A stretch of 64,000 nt of DNA from Myxococcota bacterium (GTDB lineage Bacteria > Myxococcota_A > Polyangia > Polyangiales > Houyiibacteriaceae): the NCBI GenBank assembly GCA_039030515.1, contig JBCCEA010000014.1:1-64000 (forward strand), written 5' to 3'. The position numbers and the translations under genes are program-made. Position 1 is the first letter of the stretch, and each line of letters begins with the position of its first letter. A model generated the notes under the pieces. The model was not told where the DNA came from. It searched no databases and saw nothing but the letters and a program-made list of their open reading frames with translations. Shown piece after piece: positions 9,968-20,600 of the stretch.

Positions 9968-10080
9968 ACCGTACCTGGTACGGATTGTCCAGGAAGCGTC
10001 CAGGTGAGTTAGCGGCGGTTCACCGTACCTGGTACGGATTGTCTAGGAAACGTCCAGGTGGCTCTCCGTGCCTGGTCAGG
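9968..10080 (+). repeat. Two 39-bp direct repeats with palindromic core CCGTACC-T-GGTACGG, plus a degenerate copy
   Basis: Copies at 9968-10006 and 10022-10060 (54-bp period); CCGTGCCTGGTCAGG at 10066-10080. Confidence 0.85.
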
Positions 10081-10146
10081 GGATTTGGACTCTCGTATCC
10101 GAGGAATTCGAGCCGCAGGGTTCAGGGGGTGATCGGGTGACCGTTT

Positions 10147-11112
10147 TTGAAATCAGTGGATATCCCGCTGGTCCTCGTGGATGCGCGCATGGAGTCGATC
10201 GCCTCGTCGTTCTTGGGGAGCCTCGAACTGGCTGGATACCGATGTGTTGTCGAGGATTTACGGGTCGCGGTGAAGCAGTCGCTCTCACCTTACGCGCTGC
10301 TCCTTTCCTCCGCGGACGCCGACACCCTCGGGACCCTACGTCTGCTGCGACGTAAGCAGCCAGGCATCCTCGGTGTCCTTTGCGCGGGCACAGTCGAAGA
10401 GGCGACGGTGGCCACCGCTTCGGTCGATGCAGTCGTCGCTCAGAGCCGACTGGGTGATGAAATCGTTCGTGTTTTGGAAGAGTGCCACGATCTCCGCGGG
10501 AGACGTCACCGGGAGGCCCTCTCCGTCGCCAGAGCGCTGGTGCGGGGGCTGTCGATCCGTCAGGTCGAGACCCGAGAGCATCAGGAGCGGCTTGCGGCTT
10601 GGGGAAAGTTGCTCGCGAACGCCATCGGAGATGCCCAACTTGCCGAGCAAGTCGAGCTGGGCGCGATCGTCCACGACATCGGCATGATCGGCGTCCCAGA
10701 TGCGGTGCTGACGAAACAGGGAACACTCTCGGCAGAGGAGTGGGTGCTTGTGCGCAAGCATCCAGAATACGGCGCGAAGCAGCTCAAGGATCTGGATCTT
10801 TTGCGTTCTGCCGTCCCACTGGTGCTCTCTCATCACGAACGATGGGACGGTACGGGGTATCCCAAGGGGCTAAGAAGGAAAACTATTCCACTGGTGGCTC
10901 GGGTTTTTGCAGTGTGTGATGCGTTTGAGGCGATGACCGCCGACCGGCCTTATCGAAAGGCAGCAGCGGTTGCAGAGGCTCAAGAAAAGATCGCCAACGA
11001 ACGCGGTAAGGCGTTTGATCCAGAAGTCGTCGATGCCTTCATGACCTTGGATACTTCGGAGCTGCTTATCGCCGGGAGCCAGAGGGCTTCTCTGTGGCCG
11101 AGTCTCACTTAA
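10147..11112 (+). CDS. HD-GYP domain cyclic dinucleotide phosphodiesterase with degenerate receiver-like N-terminus
   Basis: HDIGMIGVPDAVLTK, HPEYG, HHERWDGTGYPKGL, ARVFAVCDAFEAMTADRPYR. Confidence 0.92.
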   Translation: MKSVDIPLVLVDARMESIASSFLGSLELAGYRCVVEDLRVAVKQSLSPYALLLSSADADTLGTLRLLRRKQPGILGVLCAGTVEEATVATASVDAVVAQSRLGDEIVRVLEECHDLRGRRHREALSVARALVRGLSIRQVETREHQERLAAWGKLLANAIGDAQLAEQVELGAIVHDIGMIGVPDAVLTKQGTLSAEEWVLVRKHPEYGAKQLKDLDLLRSAVPLVLSHHERWDGTGYPKGLRRKTIPLVARVFAVCDAFEAMTADRPYRKAAAVAEAQEKIANERGKAFDPEVVDAFMTLDTSELLIAGSQRASLWPSLT

Positions 11113-11266
11113 CCCCCTCAGACCCTGCTAACCCCTTCAGACCGAGTTCTGCTCGAGATGAATCGATGGCTTTGGTTCCGGAGTGGCGCTCAAGGTGGTT
11201 GACTGTTGCGCCGATGAACGCGCACGATTTGCGGGTCTCTAGCGATGCTTTCATGAGTCTGTAGCG

Positions 11267-13687
11267 ATGATGGGGAACGCCGAAGCCCTTGTGTTCGAGT
11301 TGCTACCCGAAAATGGCCTCGATCGAAGTGTGCTCTTGCCGGTTCTCGTGGGACTGGCCTACATCACCCTCTTCACTGAGACGCTCGGCTGGACGTTCGT
11401 CGCGCTGGTCGTCCCCGGCTACCTCGCCTCGGTCTTTATCGCAGCGCCTGCTTGCGGATTCACGATGGTCGCGGAGGCGCTCATCACCTATCTGCTTTCC
11501 CGAGCGATCGGGCTGTGGCTCCCCAAGACCCGGATCTGGACGGTCTCTTTCGGTAGGGAACGTTTCTTCCTTATCATTCTCATGAGCATCCTCGTGCGCC
11601 TGCTTAGCGAGGGATGGGTGCTCCCGAGGCTCGGCGCGTACTTCGACTTCGGTGGCGCGGCAGAGCTCTACAGCATCGGTCTCGTCGTAGTTCCTCTGAC
11701 CGCAAACGCGCTTTGGAATGTCGGTCTGACGACCGGAGTGCGCCGCACAGCCACGATCACCCTGCTTACCTGGGCCACGGTTCAATACCTTGTCGTCCCT
11801 TACACCAATCTCAACCTGACTTATTTCGAACTGACCTACGAGAGCGTCGCACTGGACTTTCTCACCGCGTCTAAGGCCTACCTGCTCCTGCTTTCCGGAG
11901 CCCTTCTCGCGGCGAGGGCCAACGTCCGGTTCGGCTGGGACTTCAACGGTATTCTCGTTCCGGGGCTTCTCGCGATCGCCTGGTACAGTCCCCTCAAGCT
12001 CGCTTCAACTTTTGTTGAAGCAGTGATCGTGATGGTGGTCGCGCGCGCCCTGGTCTCGGCGGGACCGTTGTCCCGCGTGCTGATGGAGGGACCCCGCCGC
12101 ACGTTTTACGCGTTCTCGGTAGGGTTTGCTTTGAAGTTCGCCGCAGGGCACCTGTCCCACCGCTGGTTGCCGGGTATGCAGGCGACCGACCTTTACGGGT
12201 TCGGCTACGTGCTGCCCTCCTTACTTGCGGTGAAGATGTGGCAATTGGGCAGCGTGCCGAGAGTGCTCGTGCCGACTCTCGCCATCTCATCTCTCGGATT
12301 TTTGGTCGGCAACGGTATTGGCTATGCGGTGGCGGTCGCGATGGACGAACAAGCGCTGGAACCTTCCGGGGCGATCACGCGCCGTTCCTCCGCCGCACGT
12401 GAGCTGATACGCGCCTCGTCTTGGCCGTCTCGACCACGGCTCGATCGAGAACTCACGGGTCTTCAAGAAGTTGCGTCCATAGTGTACGGTCTTCGTGAAC
12501 GCAGCGATGTTCGACCGACGCACGGCATCCAAATCGCTGAGGTTGCATCCCAGGCCGGGAACCTCTACCGGGTTCTTCACGGAGGGGAGGCTTTTTCCCA
12601 TCTTCCTGCTTTCGCCGTTTCGGCAAGCCCTGAGGCGGCCGGCATCGTCGGGGTGAAGAGCGAGCCTTGCGGGATGTTGTCTGCAGTGGCCATCGAGATT
12701 GCCGATGCCGTGCAGGCATCCATCGTCGTGGTTGCTCGTTCAGAAACGAGTCTCAACGCCTTTGTGCAGCTGCTCTCGATTCAGACGGGAGAAGAGGAGA
12801 CTTTGGAGCTGCACGGCTCAGAGCAGGTAGCGCAGCTCCTCACGCAGCACGGGGCTTTGGACCTACTGGAGTCCCGCGCGGTCTCGCTTTTTGCGATCGA
12901 GACGGCCGAGCTTCAGTCGAGCGCTCAAGCGCTGGATGGTCTTCGCAGTTCTGTTGAACGATTCGTGCCCAAAGCAGATGCACGAGACCTCCGATGTTTC
13001 AGCTCTATTGTTGCGCCTGCGATGAACGCAGTGGAGCCACCGAGCGCTTATGCTCGGGCGGTTGCCGCCCAACTCGGCTTCTCTTTCGAGGATGATCCGG
13101 GTGCAGGGCGCCGAGCTTTGGTCTCTCGCTTTCAAGGCGGCATGGTTTGGCTTCGTTCCGCGACGTTTGATTCGCCTTCCGCGGTCGTCGTGCCTTTTCC
13201 CATGGGGCATGCAGGGCTTCTCGCTGCGGGTCAGTGGGTGCATCGGGAGCTGGGCTTTCGAGATCTCGTCGCGGCCGGGGCGCTCATGCGTTACCAGCCC
13301 GACATCGGTATCGGTTCCTACCGGTCGCAGTCGTATCTCCAGCGCACGGTGGAGACCCTACTCGGAGATGGGGAAACCCAAGTCGTCGTGGTTCGAGTGC
13401 TGCCTACCCATCAAGAGCTCATCGATGTCGCGGGGGTCTTTTCGGACGGGGAAGTCTCCGAAGACCCCGCCGCTTCACACCCGGAGTTTGTTTCCTGGTT
13501 TCAGGACCATATCGGAGCGGTCGAATGGTTTGACGGCACGAGGCGCATGTTTCCTTTTCGCGGAGCGGGAGATCCGATGGTGGGCTTCGGTAGGCAGTTT
13601 GCCTCACGGCAGGTGCTGCTGACCTGGTGGTCTAGCCGGGCCCGCTCGATCGCGCTTCGCCAGGGGTTGGAGCCCGCACCGCCATGA
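11267..13687 (+). CDS. capC: Poly-gamma-glutamate biosynthesis protein PgsC/CapC, tandem-duplicated, with long C-terminal extension
   Basis: Copy 1: GWTFVALVVPGYLA...FGRERFF...LYSIGLVVVPLTAN. Copy 2: GWDFNGILVPGLLA...EGPRRTF...LYGFGYVLPSLLA. Confidence 0.85.
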   Translation: MMGNAEALVFELLPENGLDRSVLLPVLVGLAYITLFTETLGWTFVALVVPGYLASVFIAAPACGFTMVAEALITYLLSRAIGLWLPKTRIWTVSFGRERFFLIILMSILVRLLSEGWVLPRLGAYFDFGGAAELYSIGLVVVPLTANALWNVGLTTGVRRTATITLLTWATVQYLVVPYTNLNLTYFELTYESVALDFLTASKAYLLLLSGALLAARANVRFGWDFNGILVPGLLAIAWYSPLKLASTFVEAVIVMVVARALVSAGPLSRVLMEGPRRTFYAFSVGFALKFAAGHLSHRWLPGMQATDLYGFGYVLPSLLAVKMWQLGSVPRVLVPTLAISSLGFLVGNGIGYAVAVAMDEQALEPSGAITRRSSAARELIRASSWPSRPRLDRELTGLQEVASIVYGLRERSDVRPTHGIQIAEVASQAGNLYRVLHGGEAFSHLPAFAVSASPEAAGIVGVKSEPCGMLSAVAIEIADAVQASIVVVARSETSLNAFVQLLSIQTGEEETLELHGSEQVAQLLTQHGALDLLESRAVSLFAIETAELQSSAQALDGLRSSVERFVPKADARDLRCFSSIVAPAMNAVEPPSAYARAVAAQLGFSFEDDPGAGRRALVSRFQGGMVWLRSATFDSPSAVVVPFPMGHAGLLAAGQWVHRELGFRDLVAAGALMRYQPDIGIGSYRSQSYLQRTVETLLGDGETQVVVVRVLPTHQELIDVAGVFSDGEVSEDPAASHPEFVSWFQDHIGAVEWFDGTRRMFPFRGAGDPMVGFGRQFASRQVLLTWWSSRARSIALRQGLEPAPP

Positions 13688-16344
13688 TCGTTCGCTTGCT
13701 CACCGCTCTGCTCTTTGTGGCGCCGCTGCTCATCGCGGTCGTGCCCAGTCGCCTCTTTATCCCTGGCTTCTTAGAGCCTCGCTATCGGGCAAGGGAGCAT
13801 CTCTTTTACAGCTATCTCGGTGATCGACCGCTAGAGTTTTCCGTTCCGGGCGGAACCGAACGCGTGGAGCTTCAGTGCGTTGCCGCAGTCGACGTCGGCA
13901 CCTACAGCCCAAGTCAGCGCTACGCGTTTTCTTTGAAGGCGGAGTTTCGCAAGTCCGGCACAAGCCCGCCCCGTTCCTTTGAGCTCGACCTCAACAGTCG
14001 CGTCAGCGTGCTGGGCAAGCGCAGATCCCCACTCGCGGTCTACGGCGCCCGAATGTACCGGTTATCCGGTGAGATGACCGACCCCCGCTGGGTGACCTTA
14101 CGGGTCCCCCGCCGGTTTCGCGGGGGTGTGATGCGGATCGTTGCGATGGAGGGTGCGACCCGGCGGGTGTGGGTGCGTCCGTTTGGCGTGCAGACGGAAT
14201 CTACCGGGCTGCAGAGGTATCAGAAGCTTGACCTTGAGACTGAGGATCGTCGGCAACGCGTCAAAGAGTACGGAACCGGGCTCGGGATGGACGACCTGCC
14301 CGCATCTCTTCGTGACGCGCTCCTGCTTGCCGCGGCCTACCGTCTGGTACCCCTTGGACGCAAAGGCGACGATTTTGATGTCCGAAAGGTCGTCACCACC
14401 GACTATCGGCGTCCCATCTCGCAAACCGATCACGCTCCTTTGCCTTGTTCGCCGCAATTTCACCTGGCGTTCAATGTTCGTGGCCCCATTCGGCTTTTTT
14501 TTGAGGCTGAGCGCAGCTCGAGGGTGGTGGTTGCAGATGGGGTGGCCGAAGATTCTCGGGACATCGCACTCGATCTCGAAGCTCTGGAGTCCCAGGAGTT
14601 GCGGATGGATGCGCCGCCCGATGCGGCACGCACCCTGGTCGTGTCTTGCCCCGATAGGCTTACCCCGCTTCGTGTATCGACAAACGACGCCGGCTACGGG
14701 GCGTTGCTCGGAGAGACGCCGGTACTGAGATCAGAGCGCCGGCTCAAGAACCCATTTGAACTGCGGCCAGATATTCGCAGCTCTCGCTACATACGCCTTC
14801 ACCCCGCAGAGCCGGTAGCGTTTCACATGCCCGAAGATACAGAGGCGGTGGTGAGTTTGCGCGTCGAGATGCCCGACAATGCTTCTTCGACAACGCTGCG
14901 TGCCGCGTTTCGACTCGATGATGCGCCGTTTGAACTTATCGATCGGCCGGCGGTGCGCTCCTTTTTTGAGCGGATTGGGGGTTCTGGCTTGGTGAGTGAC
15001 CCCTCGAGCCGTCGTATCCAAGTGCGGGCGGGAGAGGTGCTCGAGGTGCTCGGCGCACGCACCGCGCTCTTGAAGGTGGCTTTGCGGGTGCCTGGGGTCA
15101 CCGAGTTGGTTCGCGCGCGGTATCGGGGGCAGGGTGGGCGTTTTCGCTATGCGCCTCGAGACCTCGATGCGTCGGCCTGGGCTCGTCCTCGCAACTTCGA
15201 TAAACTGTCGCGGGAGGGACGCATGGTGACCGTGGCGCAGCAGGTGAGACTGCGCGACCCCCGGCGAGCGCTACGCATGGCTCGCAGAACCGCATCTCGT
15301 GCTGCGGAGATCGCCGCGACCGCTACAAAGGTTCCCCGTGGACCGGGCGAACAGACCGCACCTAGCCGTGGCGCCGAAGAGGGCATCGCCAGACGGAGCA
15401 CGGCACAACAGCAGGGGCAGGTATCTGAGACAGGGGGCCAGGCAGGCGGCCAGCTTGAGGGTGCTTCGTTGGACGCCTCCACTGCTTTTCGACAGGCCTC
15501 AGGGGTCCAAGCGTGGGAGCGATGGCGGGATCGATTTCGTCCGGGTCCCCGCTACACGCGGGTGATTCGACCTTTGGGTTCGCCTTTGTCGCAGCGAATT
15601 TCCGTGTATCAGCGGAGCGCGCCTACGGAGGCTCGCCGGGGGATGCTTACCGAGGTCCACCGCGAACGTCGGGTTCACGTGCGGCAGCAGGATCCGGTTC
15701 ATCGGCTTTTGCTGCGGCCGGCGGAGGAGCGCCTCGGCTCACCGATCACAGTGTTCGTCGATCGAGAGCCGGTGAGCACATTTCGGGTCTACACCACCGC
15801 AGAGCAGATCGCGTTGGATCTTTCGCCCGGTGAACATGCACTTCATGTGCAAGGCGTGGGGTTCGAGTCGGGAGGACGCGCCTTTTCCACAGCCGCTCCA
15901 GTGGAGGGTGGGGTGTTTCGAATGCGTCGCTACCACTCGCTACAGGCCCCGCTTGTCTTCGAGGTGCCGGTAGAACGGTTTGAGCGTCAGGTGGCGTTCG
16001 CCCAATTGGTCTCCTCGGAACCGATCGAGGGATACAGTCTGGAGTTCACCATGCATCACGATGGCAGCGCTCTTGTCACAGCGCTCAGAGCGGGACGTAC
16101 CCGGCCAGAGTCCACCGTGAGGTTTTGGGATCGACCGATGTCTCACCGCGCTGGATTCGCGAGGGCGCGGGTCCCGTTTGCGCGCGCTCCTCGGTCTGGG
16201 GTGCGGCGGATCGAGGTTCGGCGGAACCGAGATGGCGGAGGCGCGCTTTGGTTGCGGATGGTACTGGTAACTGAACGTCCCGGGACGGATCCAGAGGCGG
16301 TGGTTTCGGTATCGCGCCGCACCGCGTTTGCTCCCGGTCTCTGA
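13684..16344 (+). CDS. Uncharacterised 886-aa membrane-anchored or exported protein of the cap/pgs locus
   Basis: Long ORF with an N-terminal hydrophobic helix; ATGA overlap with capC and TGATG overlap with the next gene. Confidence 0.8.
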   Translation: MIVRLLTALLFVAPLLIAVVPSRLFIPGFLEPRYRAREHLFYSYLGDRPLEFSVPGGTERVELQCVAAVDVGTYSPSQRYAFSLKAEFRKSGTSPPRSFELDLNSRVSVLGKRRSPLAVYGARMYRLSGEMTDPRWVTLRVPRRFRGGVMRIVAMEGATRRVWVRPFGVQTESTGLQRYQKLDLETEDRRQRVKEYGTGLGMDDLPASLRDALLLAAAYRLVPLGRKGDDFDVRKVVTTDYRRPISQTDHAPLPCSPQFHLAFNVRGPIRLFFEAERSSRVVVADGVAEDSRDIALDLEALESQELRMDAPPDAARTLVVSCPDRLTPLRVSTNDAGYGALLGETPVLRSERRLKNPFELRPDIRSSRYIRLHPAEPVAFHMPEDTEAVVSLRVEMPDNASSTTLRAAFRLDDAPFELIDRPAVRSFFERIGGSGLVSDPSSRRIQVRAGEVLEVLGARTALLKVALRVPGVTELVRARYRGQGGRFRYAPRDLDASAWARPRNFDKLSREGRMVTVAQQVRLRDPRRALRMARRTASRAAEIAATATKVPRGPGEQTAPSRGAEEGIARRSTAQQQGQVSETGGQAGGQLEGASLDASTAFRQASGVQAWERWRDRFRPGPRYTRVIRPLGSPLSQRISVYQRSAPTEARRGMLTEVHRERRVHVRQQDPVHRLLLRPAEERLGSPITVFVDREPVSTFRVYTTAEQIALDLSPGEHALHVQGVGFESGGRAFSTAAPVEGGVFRMRRYHSLQAPLVFEVPVERFERQVAFAQLVSSEPIEGYSLEFTMHHDGSALVTALRAGRTRPESTVRFWDRPMSHRAGFARARVPFARAPRSGVRRIEVRRNRDGGGALWLRMVLVTERPGTDPEAVVSVSRRTAFAPGL

Positions 16345-17423
16345 TGGCCCGGCCCCGGAAGTGCTCGGGCGGCAAGCGCCGGTGGACGGAACGCTTGCGG
16401 CAGGCTTGGCTTGCTCTCGCGCCCTTTGGACTGCTGCTTTTTCTGACCGGGTGCGTTCGAACCGATGGAGTCAAGATGACGCGGACCAAGATGACGCCTA
16501 CCGAGCCCTCTTCACCTACCGAGCCCTCTTCACTTACCGAGCCCTCTTCACTTACCGAGTCCTCTTCGCTTTTTGAGCTGCTTGCGGAGGCAAGGCGCGC
16601 GTCGAGAGATACGTTTTTGACGCCGACCGAAGATCGGTGGGCAGAGCTCTATCGCTGGGCTCAGCAGGCGGGCGGAGCTGAGCCTCCCGAAGCGCCCTCC
16701 GGATTTGAGCGGCACGCGACGAACGAAGACGGCGTGTTTTTGTTTACCGAAAAAAGCCCCACCGGAGCCGGAGCATTCCTCATGCGGGATCGAGGAGCTC
16801 CGGTCGTTGTTGAGGTTCCCCACAGTTTCTTTGACCGGCATACTCTGCAGATAGGACTCGCCCTTTTTCGCGCGATTCCCGCTCGGGCGATGATCGTCAA
16901 CACCGCCCATCGCTATCGGGGTGCGGGCTGCGCGTCGTCTTCAGGCTGCGCGTCGTCTTCTCCCAAGGCTTGTCCCTCAGACGTGGTTCGCAACGCCACC
17001 ACGCTTTTTCATGCGGTGCATCGTGGATGGACTGAAAGAAGCTCCAGTCGTCCGGCGGTCGTCGCGCTCCACGGATACCGTCAAGGAGCCTCGGAGCCCC
17101 AGGTACTCCTCAGCAGCGCCGGCACCGAGTTTCCCCTATCGGGTGTGGTCCAGGCGTTGCGATCTGAGTTCCAGATTTGGCGAGCCGATCCGCGCTTTGT
17201 CCGGGAAGAACCCAGCCAGTTCGTGGCGACGTATCCGCACGAGATCACAAGACTCGGCGGCGTCAAAGGGGTTCAGGCGGCCCATGTGAGAAGCCTAAAC
17301 GGCTATTTTTTGCACGTAGAGCTCGGACGAACACTCCGCGATTTTTTGGCCATAGATCGCAAGCAGCGTGCGTCTTTTGCCCTAGCGCTCGCGAATGCCG
17401 TTCGGCGAGAGCTTGGACCGTAG
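16344..17423 (+). CDS. Lipoprotein, putative Zn-dependent gamma-glutamyl/PGA hydrolase-like
   Basis: Lipobox FLTGC, Pro/Ser/Thr tether, then EVPHSFFD, ALHGY and FLHVELG. Confidence 0.6.
   Translation: MARPRKCSGGKRRWTERLRQAWLALAPFGLLLFLTGCVRTDGVKMTRTKMTPTEPSSPTEPSSLTEPSSLTESSSLFELLAEARRASRDTFLTPTEDRWAELYRWAQQAGGAEPPEAPSGFERHATNEDGVFLFTEKSPTGAGAFLMRDRGAPVVVEVPHSFFDRHTLQIGLALFRAIPARAMIVNTAHRYRGAGCASSSGCASSSPKACPSDVVRNATTLFHAVHRGWTERSSSRPAVVALHGYRQGASEPQVLLSSAGTEFPLSGVVQALRSEFQIWRADPRFVREEPSQFVATYPHEITRLGGVKGVQAAHVRSLNGYFLHVELGRTLRDFLAIDRKQRASFALALANAVRRELGP
16497..16568 (+). repeat. 18-bp tandem repeat x4 (encodes [P/L]TE[P/S]SS linker)
   Basis: CCTACCGAGCCCTCTTCA unit repeated four times with minor changes. 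Confidence 0.95.
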
Positions 17424-17654
17424 CGATTCTACGCCCTAGCGGAAGATCGTTTCCGATGCGGGCTAACCGATCGCCCTCGGTGGCGCTTCGGGGTCTCAGC
17501 ACTCCCGCTCAGCTCGATTTCTGCGTCTAGGAACGGTCGGTGGGTCGTTTGGTCCTGGAGGTTTGCAAAAATCGACCGTACCTATCTTGAGTCTGATTGA
17601 TTTCGGTAGCGTTGAACTCTTACTGTAACTTCGTTGGTATAGAGGCTCCGACCG

Positions 17655-20600
17655 ATGAAGGCGCTCCGCTCGCACGAAATAAGGCAACTGTTCCTCCATC
17701 GCGTGGCGTTCTGGAGTGTGACGTTGGCGCTCGTAGCGATCTCAACGCCGGACGGGCGGGCACAATCGGTGGATGCGCCTTTGCTGGACGCGCCTTCGCT
17801 GGATCAGGCGCCGGAGGGAGCGGGCACTCAGCTTTACTGGCGTCCTCTCGAGGGAACCTACCCGTGCATGCAGCGTGCGACAGAAACCACCTGCAGGGTA
17901 GAGCACGGAATGTTGCCGACCTCTGCACGGGTGTTCATCCCCGCATCCGATGGGGACCTGCTTCGCGTGCGGGGCCAGGTTGTCGATCTTGGGCTCGCAA
18001 GCGGCCCTGCGCCCCGTAGTTCGGTGATTCGCTGGCTTGAGCCTGGAGCAGCGGACGATCCGTCTTCGAATGAGCGGACGATCGCGCTGCCTCTGTCGAG
18101 TCCGGTGGACTTCGCGGTATTCGAGACCTCGAGCCACCCGGCACAGGCGTATGTTCTCGAGCAGCGACTGCAGCCCCTCGCTGCGGATCGCTATCTCGGT
18201 AGTCTCGCAGCGTCGTCTGGGGCCGCGGCGCCATCGTCCATGCGCTCTCTAGAGCGAGATATCCAGCCGTTCTTTGAAGCTTTTCCGAACGCTCCAGCTG
18301 GGGCTTTTGTCGACCTTATTCGGGCGCGGAGTCTGGCGCTTCACGGCCGATTGAGACCGATATCTGCGCCTTTTTTTGCGAGAACAACGGGGGGTCGCCG
18401 GCACCTTCGCGCCACAGACGAACTCGAGATCGAAGATGCAGATCTGGTGTCCTTGCGGATCCGCGCCCGCCTGGGGCTACCCACGGTCGTCGAGGTCTAT
18501 GCGGGAGACGTGCTGGTTTCGAGCGAGCGATTTCGCGGGACCGAGTCGGGAACGGGTGGGCGTACCGGCGTGCGCTCGCTTCGTGTTGCCGGTCCTCGGG
18601 TTCGCATTCGCCTCGTCTCCGGGGAGGCGGAGGTTCGCCACGATGGATACACCCGTCGCTGGGCTGCCTTCGGACGGCGCCTCGCCACCAAAGAGACGCC
18701 GTTTTCTCTCTATGCCGAGGTAATCAAGGGCGACTCCAATGCGGCGCAAGCGCTCAGCAGCTATCGAGGTACGCAGCAGCAGGAGGCGCTTCATCAGGCT
18801 TTGCTCGCGCTCTATGCCCCGGGAGCGCTTGGTATCACGATGCAGGGTCGAGCTCTAAGCCATCCTGCGCTACCGCTTTCTTATCGCTTGCACCTCTTGC
18901 GTAGATTGTGGAATACGGGCGCCCTCGTCCCAGAGGAATTTTGTGCTTCGACCGCGCTTTCAGGTGATGCGAACCCGGAGTCCGATCGCTTTTGGGGGAC
19001 CGGCGATCGTTCTCTGCGCGACGTCTGGATGATCGAGGCGGTCGATGCGCTAGGGGAGTTGATGTGTCAGAGCCGCCCGAGTGCGCTCTCGCTCTCGAAA
19101 TTGGTCTCCATTGCGCGCGCCAAACCGCAGGAGGGGGAGCTGTCGCGATGGGTTCGGCAGATCCTACATCGCTCTGTGTTTTTTCTTCGCCCTGAAGCAC
19201 CAGGCGCTTCCGCTCAAGTGATCCCGTTGCCGGAGTCAAACGGTGTGTGCTCCAGTTACGGCCCTCATGGATGGCGCTATCAGATCCTTGCATCTGGTGA
19301 GCATCGTTTCTACGTCGATCGAATGGAGCGGCTCGGTTTTCGAGTGCGCGCGCTCTCTTTGGGTGCAGGTTGGCAGGGCTCGGTCGAGCTGAATGAGACT
19401 CACGTGCCCGTGCACGGTGCGCTGGGTCTTGAGAGTGCCGTAGATCTAGATCAGGGGCCCGCTCGGCTTACGGTGCCCTCTTCTGCGCCGCCTTTGCTCG
19501 TGCGGGTACCTGCACATCGCACGGTGCCCTGTGGCTCTCTTCGTGACGTCGTCCAAACAACCGCGATCGGCTCAGGCGCTACCGTACCCTTGGAGCACGC
19601 GTCCGCTGCGCTCGGTAGGCTAGAGCTTCGCTTTTTTGCAGGTGATCGGAGTCTAGCGCTCGGCAGAGCAGGTTTTCGCAAGTTTGAGGTCGTCGTCGGC
19701 TCAGCGGTGCATCGGGTCGAGGTCGGACCTTCAGTGTCTACTGAACGCGTGCATATTCCGCTGCCTCTGAGCGCGCATCGAATCGCGGTGGTTCCGGAGG
19801 TAAGCGTATCCTCCGACTCTTTTGCAGTCCGAGTGGCTCATGTTCGTGCGCGTGCTGCGCGGCGTGCTTCTGAAGCGGCTGCGCTCCCGTCCGAACAGGC
19901 GCTACTAGACCTCGTGCGGCAGACAAGTCGTGATCTCGCTCGTGCGCCCACGCGCTCTGGCTTGCGTCTCAGTCGTGCTCGAGCGCTCACGGCGCTCGGC
20001 TACCCCACTTGGGCGGGGGTGGACCGATCTCGGCTTGAAGAGCGTGCCGAGCAAGACGGCGTGCGCTCAGGTTCGGCTGACGGTTCGCTCCGTGCAGAGG
20101 TGGTGTCCGTGCCCGCTATGGCCCGACGTCAGCGGGAGATCCGCCGCAACCTGCTGGCGAAGATCGCTCCGATCGAGGTCAGCGACCTACGCCGGATACC
20201 CACCGCACGCCGGCTCTTTGCGCGTGGACAGTATGAATCGGTGCTCGACCTGCTGGAGGAAGCCCCCTCAAGCGTCGACCAGTTGATGCGGGCGCTCGCC
20301 TACGTGCGCTTAGGCCGAATCGAGGAAGCTGCAGACGCCTTTGTGCTCGTCGAGCAGCCGGCAGCGCTCGTCGAGGCTGCTCGATTCAAGCTCGAGATCG
20401 CCGAGCGCGATCGAGATCCTCGCCTGGCTCTCGAATCGCTTGCGCTGCTCACGGTGGCACGTCGAGGCGGGCAGGATGTGCAGCACCTACTCTGGAAAGC
20501 GAAGGCTCTTTCGCGTTGGGTCGTTCCGAGTGCAGCTGAGAGTGCCGCCGGAAGTCGGCTCGTGCCTCGGTCGATCACGAATCGAGTCGGCTATTTGAGT

